In this document: piece after piece, positions 25,319-33,134 of the stretch
Numbering within the stretch: the stretch's first letter is position 1
Layout of the letters: the number at the start of each line of letters is the position of its first letter
IMG/VR virus record: IMGVR_UViG_3300020045_002076
Span: 1 to 33,134 of that record
Strand: one strand, 5' to 3'
DNA length: 33,134 nt
Origin: a virus
Lineage: Duplodnaviria > Caudoviricetes
Position numbers and translations under genes: made by a program
Notes under the pieces: generated by a model
The model's database searches: none
Told to the model about the DNA's origin: nothing
What the model saw: the letters and a program-made list of their open reading frames with translations, nothing else

Positions 25319-25809
25319 TAGATGTCAGCCTCATCAATCACGCGCTTTTTCATTGCCTCGAAATCTTCTTTCGATAACTGTACAGACTGGATTGGTCCAC
25401 CATTTGCGCCAGTGTGTTCGTTGCTGGTAGCATCTTTAAGGCCAAGGTCACGCGCGATAATATTCGGATTTAACAGGTCAGCAGCGGCTCCAGTAAATTT
25501 CTGTTCGCGTATTGATGTCTCGATTCTGGTGATGACTTCCGAAAATTCACCCTTTTCTTTGTAGTCATACCATGAGCTTTTACTCATTCCAGAGTGAAGC
25601 CAGAATCCGTCAAGCGTAAATGCACGCATCTTTGGCAGCGATTCAACCCATGATGAGCCTTGAAACGAGAATGCTTTAGCTTCCATCAGCGGGTTATCTT
25701 CCGCCCATTTAAAGTAAGATAATGCCGCATCCCACATTGCTTGCGGTGATTCAAAAACAGCGGGTCTACCAACGCTTCTGGCTGCTATCTGCCACAACGA
25801 TTCAGCCAT
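25318..25809 (-). CDS. terS: Terminase small subunit (P22 gp3-like)
   Basis: GRP..F.SP..MW.A...YF.W..DNPL and QKFTGAAADLLNPNIIARDLGL motifs; AGGAGG RBS. Confidence 0.92.
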   Translation of the reverse strand: MAESLWQIAARSVGRPAVFESPQAMWDAALSYFKWAEDNPLMEAKAFSFQGSSWVESLPKMRAFTLDGFWLHSGMSKSSWYDYKEKGEFSEVITRIETSIREQKFTGAAADLLNPNIIARDLGLKDATSNEHTGANGGPIQSVQLSKEDFEAMKKRVIDEADI

Positions 25810-25877
25810 AAAAACCTCCTAAAAATAAACTCAATTGTAACAGTTTATCAGTGTTGTGTCGTTAATGTTGCACCAAT

Positions 25878-25902
25878 AAAAAAGCCCCGCAAGTGCGGGG
25901 GC
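25878..25902 (-). terminator. Intrinsic terminator
   Basis: Minus strand CCCCGC-ACTT-GCGGGG-CTTTTTT. Confidence 0.75.
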
Positions 25903-25923
25903 AAAACCCTTGAGCAGATTCTG

Positions 25924-26196
25924 TTATGCTGTCGCTGTCTCTGCAACCGTCTGCACCAGTTGCCCGTTAACAACACAGCCATCTATATTTCCAGTTACAG
26001 CAACTTTGATTGCGCCATTTTTCATGATTACAGGCTTTCCTGTGCTCATCAGGCTTGACAAGTACGCCCCAACGTCTACCGCTGTGATAGTCATTTGCAC
26101 TACGCCGTCAGTCTGCACAGTGTTGAATGTTGGCGCTGTTGTTAGTGCAAGTGACGTGTAGTCGTTTAATTGTTGGTTTTCTGTTAGTTGAAGCAT
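25924..26196 (-). CDS. Hypothetical late-class protein (90 aa)
   Basis: AGGAG RBS, TGGTATAAT promoter 26223-26231, own terminator. Confidence 0.7.
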   Translation of the reverse strand: MLQLTENQQLNDYTSLALTTAPTFNTVQTDGVVQMTITAVDVGAYLSSLMSTGKPVIMKNGAIKVAVTGNIDGCVVNGQLVQTVAETATA

Positions 26197-26233
26197 GTAA
26201 AGTCTCCTGGTTATTTGTGTAAATTATACCACA

Positions 26234-26593
26234 TTAAAAATATTGCCATTCCGCACTTTCGTTGTCTTTCCGCTGAATCAAATCAGCTCGCAGTACCAAG
26301 ACCTCATCTTCCGCCTGCATGAATCGATAGGTAACGGTTGCGCGCTTCCTGTTCGTGATACGGAATGACGTCTTTCCAAAATCGAACCAATCATCATGCG
26401 GAATTGGCATAAACGTAGTCGGGATAAACCCATCTTTACCAGCCGGATATTCAACGCGACAAATCAGCGGAGCGTGATAGATGTTTAATTGTTCATCATT
26501 AGCCAACATGGTGGTAATCGTCATCAAATGGTGACCCGTCTGCGCATCTTTCAGTACGATTTTTTCACCGCAGGATTGTTTTAGTTTTAGCAT
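26234..26593 (-). CDS. CsrA/RsmA-like protein, apparently tandem
   Basis: ML.L....GE.I N-terminus and A..EV.V.R.DL.QR C-terminus resemble CsrA ends. Confidence 0.5.
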   Translation of the reverse strand: MLKLKQSCGEKIVLKDAQTGHHLMTITTMLANDEQLNIYHAPLICRVEYPAGKDGFIPTTFMPIPHDDWFDFGKTSFRITNRKRATVTYRFMQAEDEVLVLRADLIQRKDNESAEWQYF

Positions 26594-26958
26594 TTGGTTT
26601 GCTCCAATAAGTGTGCGTGTTGGTGGATGTTTCCTGCAACCTTAAATTGATAATCATCTAAGTTAACAAAATCATAAATAGTATCAGGAACATGAGCTAT
26701 AAACTTTCCGTCTAAAAACGAAACAAGCCAGTAGTAATTATTTTCATCTAAAAGTATATCACCTTCATAGACGTTATTTCCCTCATTATCTGGCATTCCG
26801 GTGAATTGCATTAGTTCAACGCAATCAAACAGCTCATCATAAAGCACATAGTTTTCATCTAGAATCTGAACTGTTGCAGGGGTTCTAAAGTTTATATCAA
26901 AAACATCAAGAATTTTTTGTCTTTCTTTGTTCCACGCCCTAAACTTAATCTCTCTCAT
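26587..26958 (-). CDS. YopX-family protein
   Basis: MREIKFRAW, LMQFTG..D..G..VYEGDI, V.GNIH motifs. Confidence 0.9.
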   Translation of the reverse strand: MREIKFRAWNKERQKILDVFDINFRTPATVQILDENYVLYDELFDCVELMQFTGMPDNEGNNVYEGDILLDENNYYWLVSFLDGKFIAHVPDTIYDFVNLDDYQFKVAGNIHQHAHLLEQTKC

Positions 26959-26961
26959 ATC

Positions 26962-27150
26962 TCATCCTCTATCACTAATTCCAACAATCACAACCCATGC
27001 GCCAGATGGCATATGCTGCAAATTTGCTGAGTATTTGTCGTTTAAATAATAACCTTTCATGCCGCGAACTTGTTTGAAGTTGTTGCCATCAATCCACTGC
27101 AAAGCCTCTTTTTTCGTCATGAAGCGGTGCTTTTTCGATGGGGCTATCAT
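26962..27150 (-). CDS. Hypothetical protein (62 aa)
   Basis: ATGA overlap; operon context. Confidence 0.6.
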   Translation of the reverse strand: MIAPSKKHRFMTKKEALQWIDGNNFKQVRGMKGYYLNDKYSANLQHMPSGAWVVIVGISDRG

Positions 27151-27839
27151 TTGCAGTTAGCCTCAAAAATAGCTTGCGCGAATCCTCTCGGTGTTGCGCT
27201 GCGAATGTTTTTTGTTTTAAGTGATTTACCTCCAAGTTTTTTATGTTGGTCCGAATATCCAGGCTCAACGCTTACTGGTTTTTTATCTGGCATAACAAAT
27301 CCATTACCAGCCCAAATACATGTTTTCTTTGGGTATGCATCGCGCGGCTTTATGTAGTCTGAATAAATCGGGTGTTCATCATCCACTGGCAAATATCCGC
27401 CATACTCATACGGGTGGAATGAGTAATTTGGTTTACGCCATAATGTAGCCAGCACACTAACTGGATTCTCGGCAGCCCACGCGCACCCGAATGAATCACC
27501 AACATATTCAACTAATCTTGCAAGTTCACATGCCTCAGCTTGGAATGCGATATTGTTTTGTGATTTCTTTGCAAAGTGTGCCGCACCGCTAACAGCTATG
27601 TCGGTGCATTCAGGAAATCCAAAAACAAACACAACGCCGTCACCAACCATTTGTTTTATTTCTTTCACTGTTTGCGCTGTACTGTAAGAATCGAACCACA
27701 TACCAACCTTTACATGGTTGCCGTTGCGAGTAACTCCTTGCGGATGTTGCCCATCAAAACACCAGCACTCATAACCAGTATCAAGCCAAGGTTGTGCCAT
27801 GATTCCAGTAAGGTCGTATAGGAAGATTGCTTTTTTCAT
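27147..27839 (-). CDS. Short phage DNA cytosine-5 methyltransferase-like protein
   Basis: FPECTD (motif IV-like), ENP (motif VI), Y.KKTC.W, RS.TPRGFA.A; degenerate motif I (LYDLTG). Confidence 0.78.
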   Translation of the reverse strand: MKKAIFLYDLTGIMAQPWLDTGYECWCFDGQHPQGVTRNGNHVKVGMWFDSYSTAQTVKEIKQMVGDGVVFVFGFPECTDIAVSGAAHFAKKSQNNIAFQAEACELARLVEYVGDSFGCAWAAENPVSVLATLWRKPNYSFHPYEYGGYLPVDDEHPIYSDYIKPRDAYPKKTCIWAGNGFVMPDKKPVSVEPGYSDQHKKLGGKSLKTKNIRSATPRGFAQAIFEANCK

Positions 27840-28238
27840 TTAAAAACTATCCTGACATTTTTCTGGCTTATCAAAAGTAATCATATCGCCATCGCGGTAT
27901 GAGTTATATTTAGTGTGCACTGGCTTATCTGTGAATACTTTTTCGTACCGCTCGATATTTGGAGCGTATCGCGCATCAGCGATGATTGCAAAATCAATAT
28001 GCTCAGTGCTTGGCTTTTCGTAATCACCAACCAGCTCGACTCCAGCTGCCTCCAGTATCGCATCAACGCGCTTATGGACTGCTTTGCACTCATCCTCATA
28101 AAATCCAAATAGCGCTGGTTCTTTGGTGCCTTTGTACGCTACATCGAGCGTTAACGCCGACCTCGTATTCTGCACCAGTTGCTGGGCATCGCTTAGGATG
28201 CTGACGAGTTGTTCACGGGTTAGGTTTGTGTTGCACAT
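27840..28238 (-). CDS. Hypothetical protein (132 aa)
   Basis: AGGAG RBS; operon context. Confidence 0.7.
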   Translation of the reverse strand: MCNTNLTREQLVSILSDAQQLVQNTRSALTLDVAYKGTKEPALFGFYEDECKAVHKRVDAILEAAGVELVGDYEKPSTEHIDFAIIADARYAPNIERYEKVFTDKPVHTKYNSYRDGDMITFDKPEKCQDSF

Positions 28239-28259
28239 CGCGTTACTCCTATGTTTTTA

Positions 28260-28610
28260 TTACCACAAGCCATTTTCAGCTGAAAACAAAATATCGCCGG
28301 TTTCACAATAATGGTTCCAGTTTTTTCTCAATCCATCAGAATCGTATTCATTCATTTTCTTTCCATTTGTGCGCTTATACACACTCATAACGCTTTCCGC
28401 TCTAACACTAAAATGGTCATATTCACTATTCCAGCACCCACAAGCTGTAAATCGGCCATTATCAAACTGCCAAGCTTTAGGTTTTAATCCGCATTTTGGG
28501 CATTTATTCCATTCACCTTCTGGTTCTTTGTAGAAATCAAGGCAGCTGTGAAATGAATGTGCTTCGTATTTGTTTATTACCTTTGTTATATCCACGCTAT
28601 CACACCTCAT
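28260..28610 (-). CDS. Zn-ribbon hypothetical protein
   Basis: CPKCG..P...CGC...WN pattern. Confidence 0.65.
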   Translation of the reverse strand: MRCDSVDITKVINKYEAHSFHSCLDFYKEPEGEWNKCPKCGLKPKAWQFDNGRFTACGCWNSEYDHFSVRAESVMSVYKRTNGKKMNEYDSDGLRKNWNHYCETGDILFSAENGLW

Positions 28611-28962
28611 TCATCATCAAGAAAACAATCATTGCTGCGCGGAGTGGTTTTTTGTCATAACAAGTTGCAACATCATAAAATCCAATTGGCTTAATCCTAA
28701 GCCCTTGCTCAGCTTTCCATAATGAATCTGCACAATTTGGATTTAGCATGATGTCATTTTCAACAATAATCGGCCATACATCGCGCGGGTCATTCAAATC
28801 AAAGCTGAATGTATCGTAATCTCTGATTAGTTTTGCGTGAGTTTCATAAAGCGCAATAAGTCCTCGCCCTTCCTTGTTATGCTTTATCTTCAAAACCTCT
28901 GCCGCAATGTGCGCGTCACTCATTGTTGAGTAGTTCGCTTCTGCATAGTTCATATCACTCAT
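28600..28962 (-). CDS. NinX-like protein
   Basis: NYS.MSD..I...V, NDP.D.WPII.EN.I, PLRAAMIVFLMM. Confidence 0.85.
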   Translation of the reverse strand: MSDMNYAEANYSTMSDAHIAAEVLKIKHNKEGRGLIALYETHAKLIRDYDTFSFDLNDPRDVWPIIVENDIMLNPNCADSLWKAEQGLRIKPIGFYDVATCYDKKPLRAAMIVFLMMNEV

Positions 28963-29341
28963 CTCCTAGCACCATAAGTAGAACAAAACAAGCCGCTTTC
29001 AGTGGGTCATAATCTTGATAGCTTATATCGGCGACAGTAAAGAATTTATCAGCGTCAATGTCACCCACCTCTACGACTCTATCAGCAGAAAATTTACCTG
29101 GATAATCCGTTAGCTGAGTAACCACAATTTTATGCTCAATCATCAGCGGCCACAAAACTGATATATCACCACTGTAATTCGCAATCTCACGCGGGTCATA
29201 TTTTGCTGTGACTTCTTTTCCGTCAGCAATCCAAAATGTGTAATTGCCTTTTATGCCGGTGAATTTTGCTTTATCTCGACACACAAGAAGCGCGTGAAGT
29301 CTTACGTTAATTTCTCTTTTGCTCATCTCTGCATAGTTCAT
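28955..29341 (-). CDS. NinX-like protein (tandem paralog)
   Basis: MNY.EMS..EIN, D....WPLM.E..I, PLKAA..V.LM. Confidence 0.75.
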   Translation of the reverse strand: MNYAEMSKREINVRLHALLVCRDKAKFTGIKGNYTFWIADGKEVTAKYDPREIANYSGDISVLWPLMIEHKIVVTQLTDYPGKFSADRVVEVGDIDADKFFTVADISYQDYDPLKAACFVLLMVLGDE

Positions 29342-29423
29342 GGTATAACTCCTATCTTTAACGCTTGCTGAATCGATTTAGTTTTTATTTCTTTACACTG
29401 GCAGTAGTTTGCTTGCCTTGCTG

Positions 29424-29552
29424 CTAGCTATTGAATACAACCACTACCGCTTGGCTGTCAGCGTCACAGATGATGCCCTCGAAGTTATCTGGCCGCTCTG
29501 CGTACATGTATGTATCCAGTAAATCGCCAATTGTGATGTTTGCGTAGGTCAT
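29424..29552 (-). CDS. 42-aa acidic hypothetical protein, not in ORF track
   Basis: GGAG RBS; MTYANITIGDLLDTYMYAERPDNFEGIICDADSQAVVVVFNS. Confidence 0.55.
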   Translation of the reverse strand: MTYANITIGDLLDTYMYAERPDNFEGIICDADSQAVVVVFNS

Positions 29553-29568
29553 TTTGTTTCTCCAGTGT

Positions 29569-29838
29569 TTATTTGATGCATTCCGTTGTGTTTGATAGCG
29601 AATATATTTTACCGTTTACTACTTTGCTCAAGGTTTTAACCCATGATTTTCCGCCTAGGTACATGTCAACATTAAAGAATTTATTGCTAGACTTGGCTAG
29701 TATCACTTCTTCTCCGTCGGTTTTTGAGTTAATAACTTCTTTCACGCAAGCAGGAAACGTATTTTTACCATCATCGACCAAAACTACATCTCCGACATGT
29801 AATTGGTTGTTTCTTGTTATCGGCATCAATTCAATCAT
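29569..29838 (-). CDS. Hypothetical protein (~89 aa)
   Basis: GGAG RBS before ATG 29838; downstream of island motif 29909-29921. Confidence 0.65.
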   Translation of the reverse strand: MIELMPITRNNQLHVGDVVLVDDGKNTFPACVKEVINSKTDGEEVILAKSSNKFFNVDMYLGGKSWVKTLSKVVNGKIYSLSNTTECIK

Positions 29839-30004
29839 GTAAATCTCCACTCGCTTGGCAACCAAACGCACAATTGCGCCTTACCTGTCATTAAATCTAC
29901 GCCAATAATTTAACTATTACAAGTTAAACAATGCATAAAAATAAAGTTTTTTAAACTATTCCACTGGTAACAAAAGCGTGTTATCGTATGGCGAGTTCGG
30001 TGTT

Positions 30005-30130
30005 AAAGTTTACTTAAACTTCTCTATATAACAATATTAAAATATTAATATATCTATATATAAAAGAGCGAAACATAAAAAAGCCCCTTCCTTTCGGGGA
30101 GGGGCTTTCAAATATTAATATTTCTCTAAA
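30005..30130. other. AT-rich candidate replication origin B with terminator hairpin
   Basis: Non-coding, very AT-rich (AATATTAA repeats, TATATATA), AAAGCCCCTTCC-TTTC-GGGGAGGGGCTTT hairpin, immediately downstream of primase. Confidence 0.55.
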
Positions 30131-30191
30131 GCTAAATGAGTCCAACAAAGAGCGCTATGGTGCACAACACCAGATAACTACCAATCTTAGT

Positions 30192-32489
30192 CTAAACTGC
30201 CACGTACCGCAATGACTTCACATGTGTTTTGCCGTGTTCTACTTCGTATGACTCAATACTTCCATCATCAACCATGGCGACAACCATCGCCTGTACATCC
30301 TGCTTGGTGTACTTCTTGCTGGTGGCCCGCTGACATATAACACTGATTGGCTCACCTTCCTCATAACCACACGCTGAAATGATGCGCGTACGCAAAACAT
30401 CAACTAGCGAGTCACTACGCTCTGACTCTGCCAGCATATTGGAACGAGCAAGCATTATTTTGGTATCAACATCTTTCCGCATTGCAGCGTAAGCCCATCT
30501 AACGTGCTCTGCTGTGCGTAGGCCACTAGGTATGGCAAGTATCAGGCTTATCTTTGCGCATAGCTCGTATCCTCGTTTTACGATGCTTTCCAGCCCTGTA
30601 GCTCCCTTGTGCTTCTCTGCATAGTCTTCAATCCAATCGGAAACCTGCTCCAGCATGTCTTCCGCTTCTTTGTCTGTGCGTACTTCAATCTTATCTCCGC
30701 GATGCTCTACACATACCTGCATATCAGGATTGCAGGTCCCCTGGTTGTAAAGCTGCTTCAATGTGGCATTCATGTAGCTATCAGGCGGTGCTTTCTTGAA
30801 TTTCTTTTTCTTGCGCGGATTTGTCTCGTGCTCACGAACAATCCATGCGCGGCCGATGAAACCGTTTGTTGCCTGCTCATAGTTAACCATGCCGTCAAAC
30901 GTCACCGGAGTAGTGGCACCAAACATAGAAAGAAATGGCGCGACAATGCCTTTGTCTAAATTTTTAAGGCTTTCTTCTGAGCGTGCTAACCTGGCCGCAA
31001 AAAATCCGTCGCTGTCTTCGTTTTCGTCTATTTTCCCGTTGCACAGTGCTATTTCTTTCATTAAGTTTGTGCGGATATCTTCTTTGAGGTCGCCACTAAT
31101 GGTGAGATACCCATTAGCCTTTCCATATGCAGACATCAGCGTCCCAATGACGCCCTCAAGGTAGCTAGCCCCACTCTTACCGGCGTTGGAAATCTTTTTC
31201 AGTACAATGCCTAATTCATCTATCTGGTATGCTGCCATCTGGTGGCGTAAAAGGTTGCGGATAATTTCCTGCTCTGACTTAATAGCGCCATGTACTGCCG
31301 CGCTAATACCAGCAGCAATGTGCAAATCCATAATGGCTGTCATAATCGCTTCTTTACCGGTCCCTGATGCAGCCACACCAAACACAAACAGGTTAGCAGT
31401 AACACTACTTAAATCGTCTGTGTAGCGTAACCCTGCAATGTTACCTATGGTTGATATTGCCGCAGCCGCCGCTAAATGTTCACGAGGAAAAAGACATTGT
31501 GAGTTTATCCAGTTGGTAACCTTTCCTACGAACCCTGGTGGGCGAAGTATGTCTATGGTGTCTATAGAAAACGGATGGTCGTCTTCTTTGCGCTGTTCTT
31601 CCTGCTCTTCATGCGGCATTGAAAAAGTAATCGACCGCTTATATCCACCAGCCTCCGCCATATGGAACAACGTACCAATGGTGACTGGGTTTGCAGACTT
31701 ACCGAAAGAATGCCAGTGCTTATCGAGCTCATCTCCGCCGTTGTATTTCTTACCCTTGGATGACCATGCGTTCCATAAGTGAAAACCATCCCCATTTGTA
31801 GAATGGTGAACGGCCATCCCTATTTTTATCCAATCGTCATAATCAACGTCTGCATTTACATGCGCAAGCATATCGCAAATTTCTTGCTCAGTTACGTCGA
31901 GACTTTCCCCGTTGAACACGGCACGGTAATGGTCTGGCTTCTTTAATAGTTCAAGCAACGCCGATGGAATTGGCGTTAAATCACACGGATTACCTTTCTT
32001 CTTTTCGTAGTAGTTGCCGGATTTGTGAAGGCTACCGCAACCCACGCAATAGCCGGATATTTTGAAATCAACACCTTTGTATTTATCCAAATGAGACAGC
32101 AAAGCAATTGGAGGTTCATTCTTGAAATAGATGTGCAGCCCACCGCCGCCAGTGGATACAACAAATCCGCTTTCAGCTTCATAGTCGATACCGGTATCTT
32201 TGCATAACCGTTTATATGACTCATCACCGCCGTTGCGCGGGTCGATATCAATCACTAGATGGTCATCAACTACAACACCAAAGCCAGTGTCTAACTGGCC
32301 TGTTGATTCCATTACCTCGATTTGCTCATCTGACCAATGTGGGACGTTAGTCCAATTCGATATGCGTGGATGTTTGAGAATTGTTTTGCAATCAGAGTTT
32401 CCACACTTGCATGTACCGTCTGTGTTTACCCCCCACAATGGAAATATACGGAATCCTGCTTCTAAGTAGTCGTAAATGAAACTAGCCAT
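30192..32489 (-). CDS. Bifunctional Prim-Pol primase / helicase (Prim-Pol, PriCT_2, P-loop domain, C-terminal wHTH-like)
   Basis: C.CG...C...KHP, VIDIDPRNGG, TGGGGLH.YF, YDDW.KIGMA.H (PriCT_2), A.SGTGKE Walker A, IDE.G Walker B. Confidence 0.92.
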   Translation of the reverse strand: MASFIYDYLEAGFRIFPLWGVNTDGTCKCGNSDCKTILKHPRISNWTNVPHWSDEQIEVMESTGQLDTGFGVVVDDHLVIDIDPRNGGDESYKRLCKDTGIDYEAESGFVVSTGGGGLHIYFKNEPPIALLSHLDKYKGVDFKISGYCVGCGSLHKSGNYYEKKKGNPCDLTPIPSALLELLKKPDHYRAVFNGESLDVTEQEICDMLAHVNADVDYDDWIKIGMAVHHSTNGDGFHLWNAWSSKGKKYNGGDELDKHWHSFGKSANPVTIGTLFHMAEAGGYKRSITFSMPHEEQEEQRKEDDHPFSIDTIDILRPPGFVGKVTNWINSQCLFPREHLAAAAAISTIGNIAGLRYTDDLSSVTANLFVFGVAASGTGKEAIMTAIMDLHIAAGISAAVHGAIKSEQEIIRNLLRHQMAAYQIDELGIVLKKISNAGKSGASYLEGVIGTLMSAYGKANGYLTISGDLKEDIRTNLMKEIALCNGKIDENEDSDGFFAARLARSEESLKNLDKGIVAPFLSMFGATTPVTFDGMVNYEQATNGFIGRAWIVREHETNPRKKKKFKKAPPDSYMNATLKQLYNQGTCNPDMQVCVEHRGDKIEVRTDKEAEDMLEQVSDWIEDYAEKHKGATGLESIVKRGYELCAKISLILAIPSGLRTAEHVRWAYAAMRKDVDTKIMLARSNMLAESERSDSLVDVLRTRIISACGYEEGEPISVICQRATSKKYTKQDVQAMVVAMVDDGSIESYEVEHGKTHVKSLRYVAV

Positions 32490-32735
32490 CTATTTGTTTC
32501 TCCATTGTTTAACATCTGGGCGCATTTCTGATGCCTTGAATTTTCCGTTTGTGAATTCTTCCACCTTTAACGCTGCTGTTGCGCTAATGCGGCCTCTGGC
32601 AAGCCAACCACTTACAACCTGCGCGCTAGTGTCAATAAGCAATGCAAGAGCAGACGCTGACCCTGCATATGCAATAAGTTTTTCTAACTGCTCTTTCTCT
32701 TGCTCTTTGATTTGCTCTAATATCGATTTGCTCAA
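32490..32735 (-). CDS. Cro-like HTH transcriptional regulator
   Basis: AGS.SALA.....S.Q.VS.W..RG.I...A..VEE.T.G......MRPD; AAGGAG RBS with TTG start. Confidence 0.85.
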   Translation of the reverse strand: MSKSILEQIKEQEKEQLEKLIAYAGSASALALLIDTSAQVVSGWLARGRISATAALKVEEFTNGKFKASEMRPDVKQWRNK

Positions 32736-32800
32736 TTTAATTTCTCCTTACGTTTGCAATTACGTTTAATACTACGCTGAAAATAATGTTTAAACAATGC

Positions 32801-32829
32801 TTGACTCGCTGTTTTTATGCGAATAGTAT
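32801..32829 (+). promoter_or_regulatory. Sigma70 promoter, divergent from cro
   Basis: TTGACT-N17-TAGTAT. Confidence 0.75.
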
Positions 32830-32865
32830 TTATCACATCGAAGCGAAACAACGGAGTAAAAATAC

Positions 32866-33134
32866 ATGGGAACCGGAGTGATAGTAATGGGGAACAGTGG
32901 GACTGGAAAATCTACCAGTGGCCGCAACCTAGACCCAGAAAAGTGCTTATGGATACAGGTTATTAAAAAACGCTTGCCATTCAGTTCAAAAAACTGGAAA
33001 CCTTGGGATGGAACAACAAAAACAGGTTCAGTTGCCTGTACCGATAGCACAAAAAACATTTGCGCGGCAATTGAACGGGCAAAACAGAACGGAAAATCAA
33101 TTGTTATCATTGATGATTTCCAGTACCTGATGGC
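32866..33134 (+). CDS. AAA/P-loop NTPase (Sak4/AAA_24-like), truncated by window edge; not in ORF track
   Basis: GGAG RBS; MGTGVIVMGNSGTGKSTS Walker A and IVIIDDFQYLM Walker B. Confidence 0.85.
   Translation, partial: MGTGVIVMGNSGTGKSTSGRNLDPEKCLWIQVIKKRLPFSSKNWKPWDGTTKTGSVACTDSTKNICAAIERAKQNGKSIVIIDDFQYLM

Noticed and set aside
32490-32865. Lysogeny switch (cI/cro)
   Set aside because: The gene divergent from cro is an AAA ATPase, not a repressor; no integrase or att site in the window
32790-33110. Track ORF of 106 aa on minus strand
   Set aside because: Antisense to the clear plus-strand AAA ATPase

Overview
33 kb segment of a tailed dsDNA bacteriophage with a siphovirus-type long non-contractile tail. 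No integrase or CI repressor is seen in the window; sigma70-type promoters and gene families suggest a gammaproteobacterial host (inference). The minus strand carries the virion module (terS, terL, portal, gpF-like head protein, DUF2213-like protease/scaffold, decoration protein, major capsid, head-tail connectors, tail tube, chaperone, tape measure, tail tip) and, at the right, a Prim-Pol primase-helicase, a Cro-like regulator and small accessory genes (2x NinX-like, C5-MTase-like, YopX, CsrA-like). The virion module is repeatedly interrupted by self-contained accessory islands, mostly on the plus strand, marked by a recurring TGTAATAGTTAAA motif, while late genes each carry their own TGnTAnAAT promoter. 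Most notable: (1) a GIY-YIG-like nuclease whose C-terminal ~68 aa is a paralog of the primase C-terminal domain, with both genes followed by architecturally similar AT-rich origin-like regions; (2) a ~430-nt structured, partly tRNA-like non-coding region directly upstream of an Acb2 anti-CBASS sponge; (3) a CI/c4-RNA-like attenuator leader in front of a TerB gene; (4) a 15-aa micropeptide/membrane protein/holin-like unit and a 47-aa very acidic moron. All family assignments are from motif recognition by eye, not database searches.
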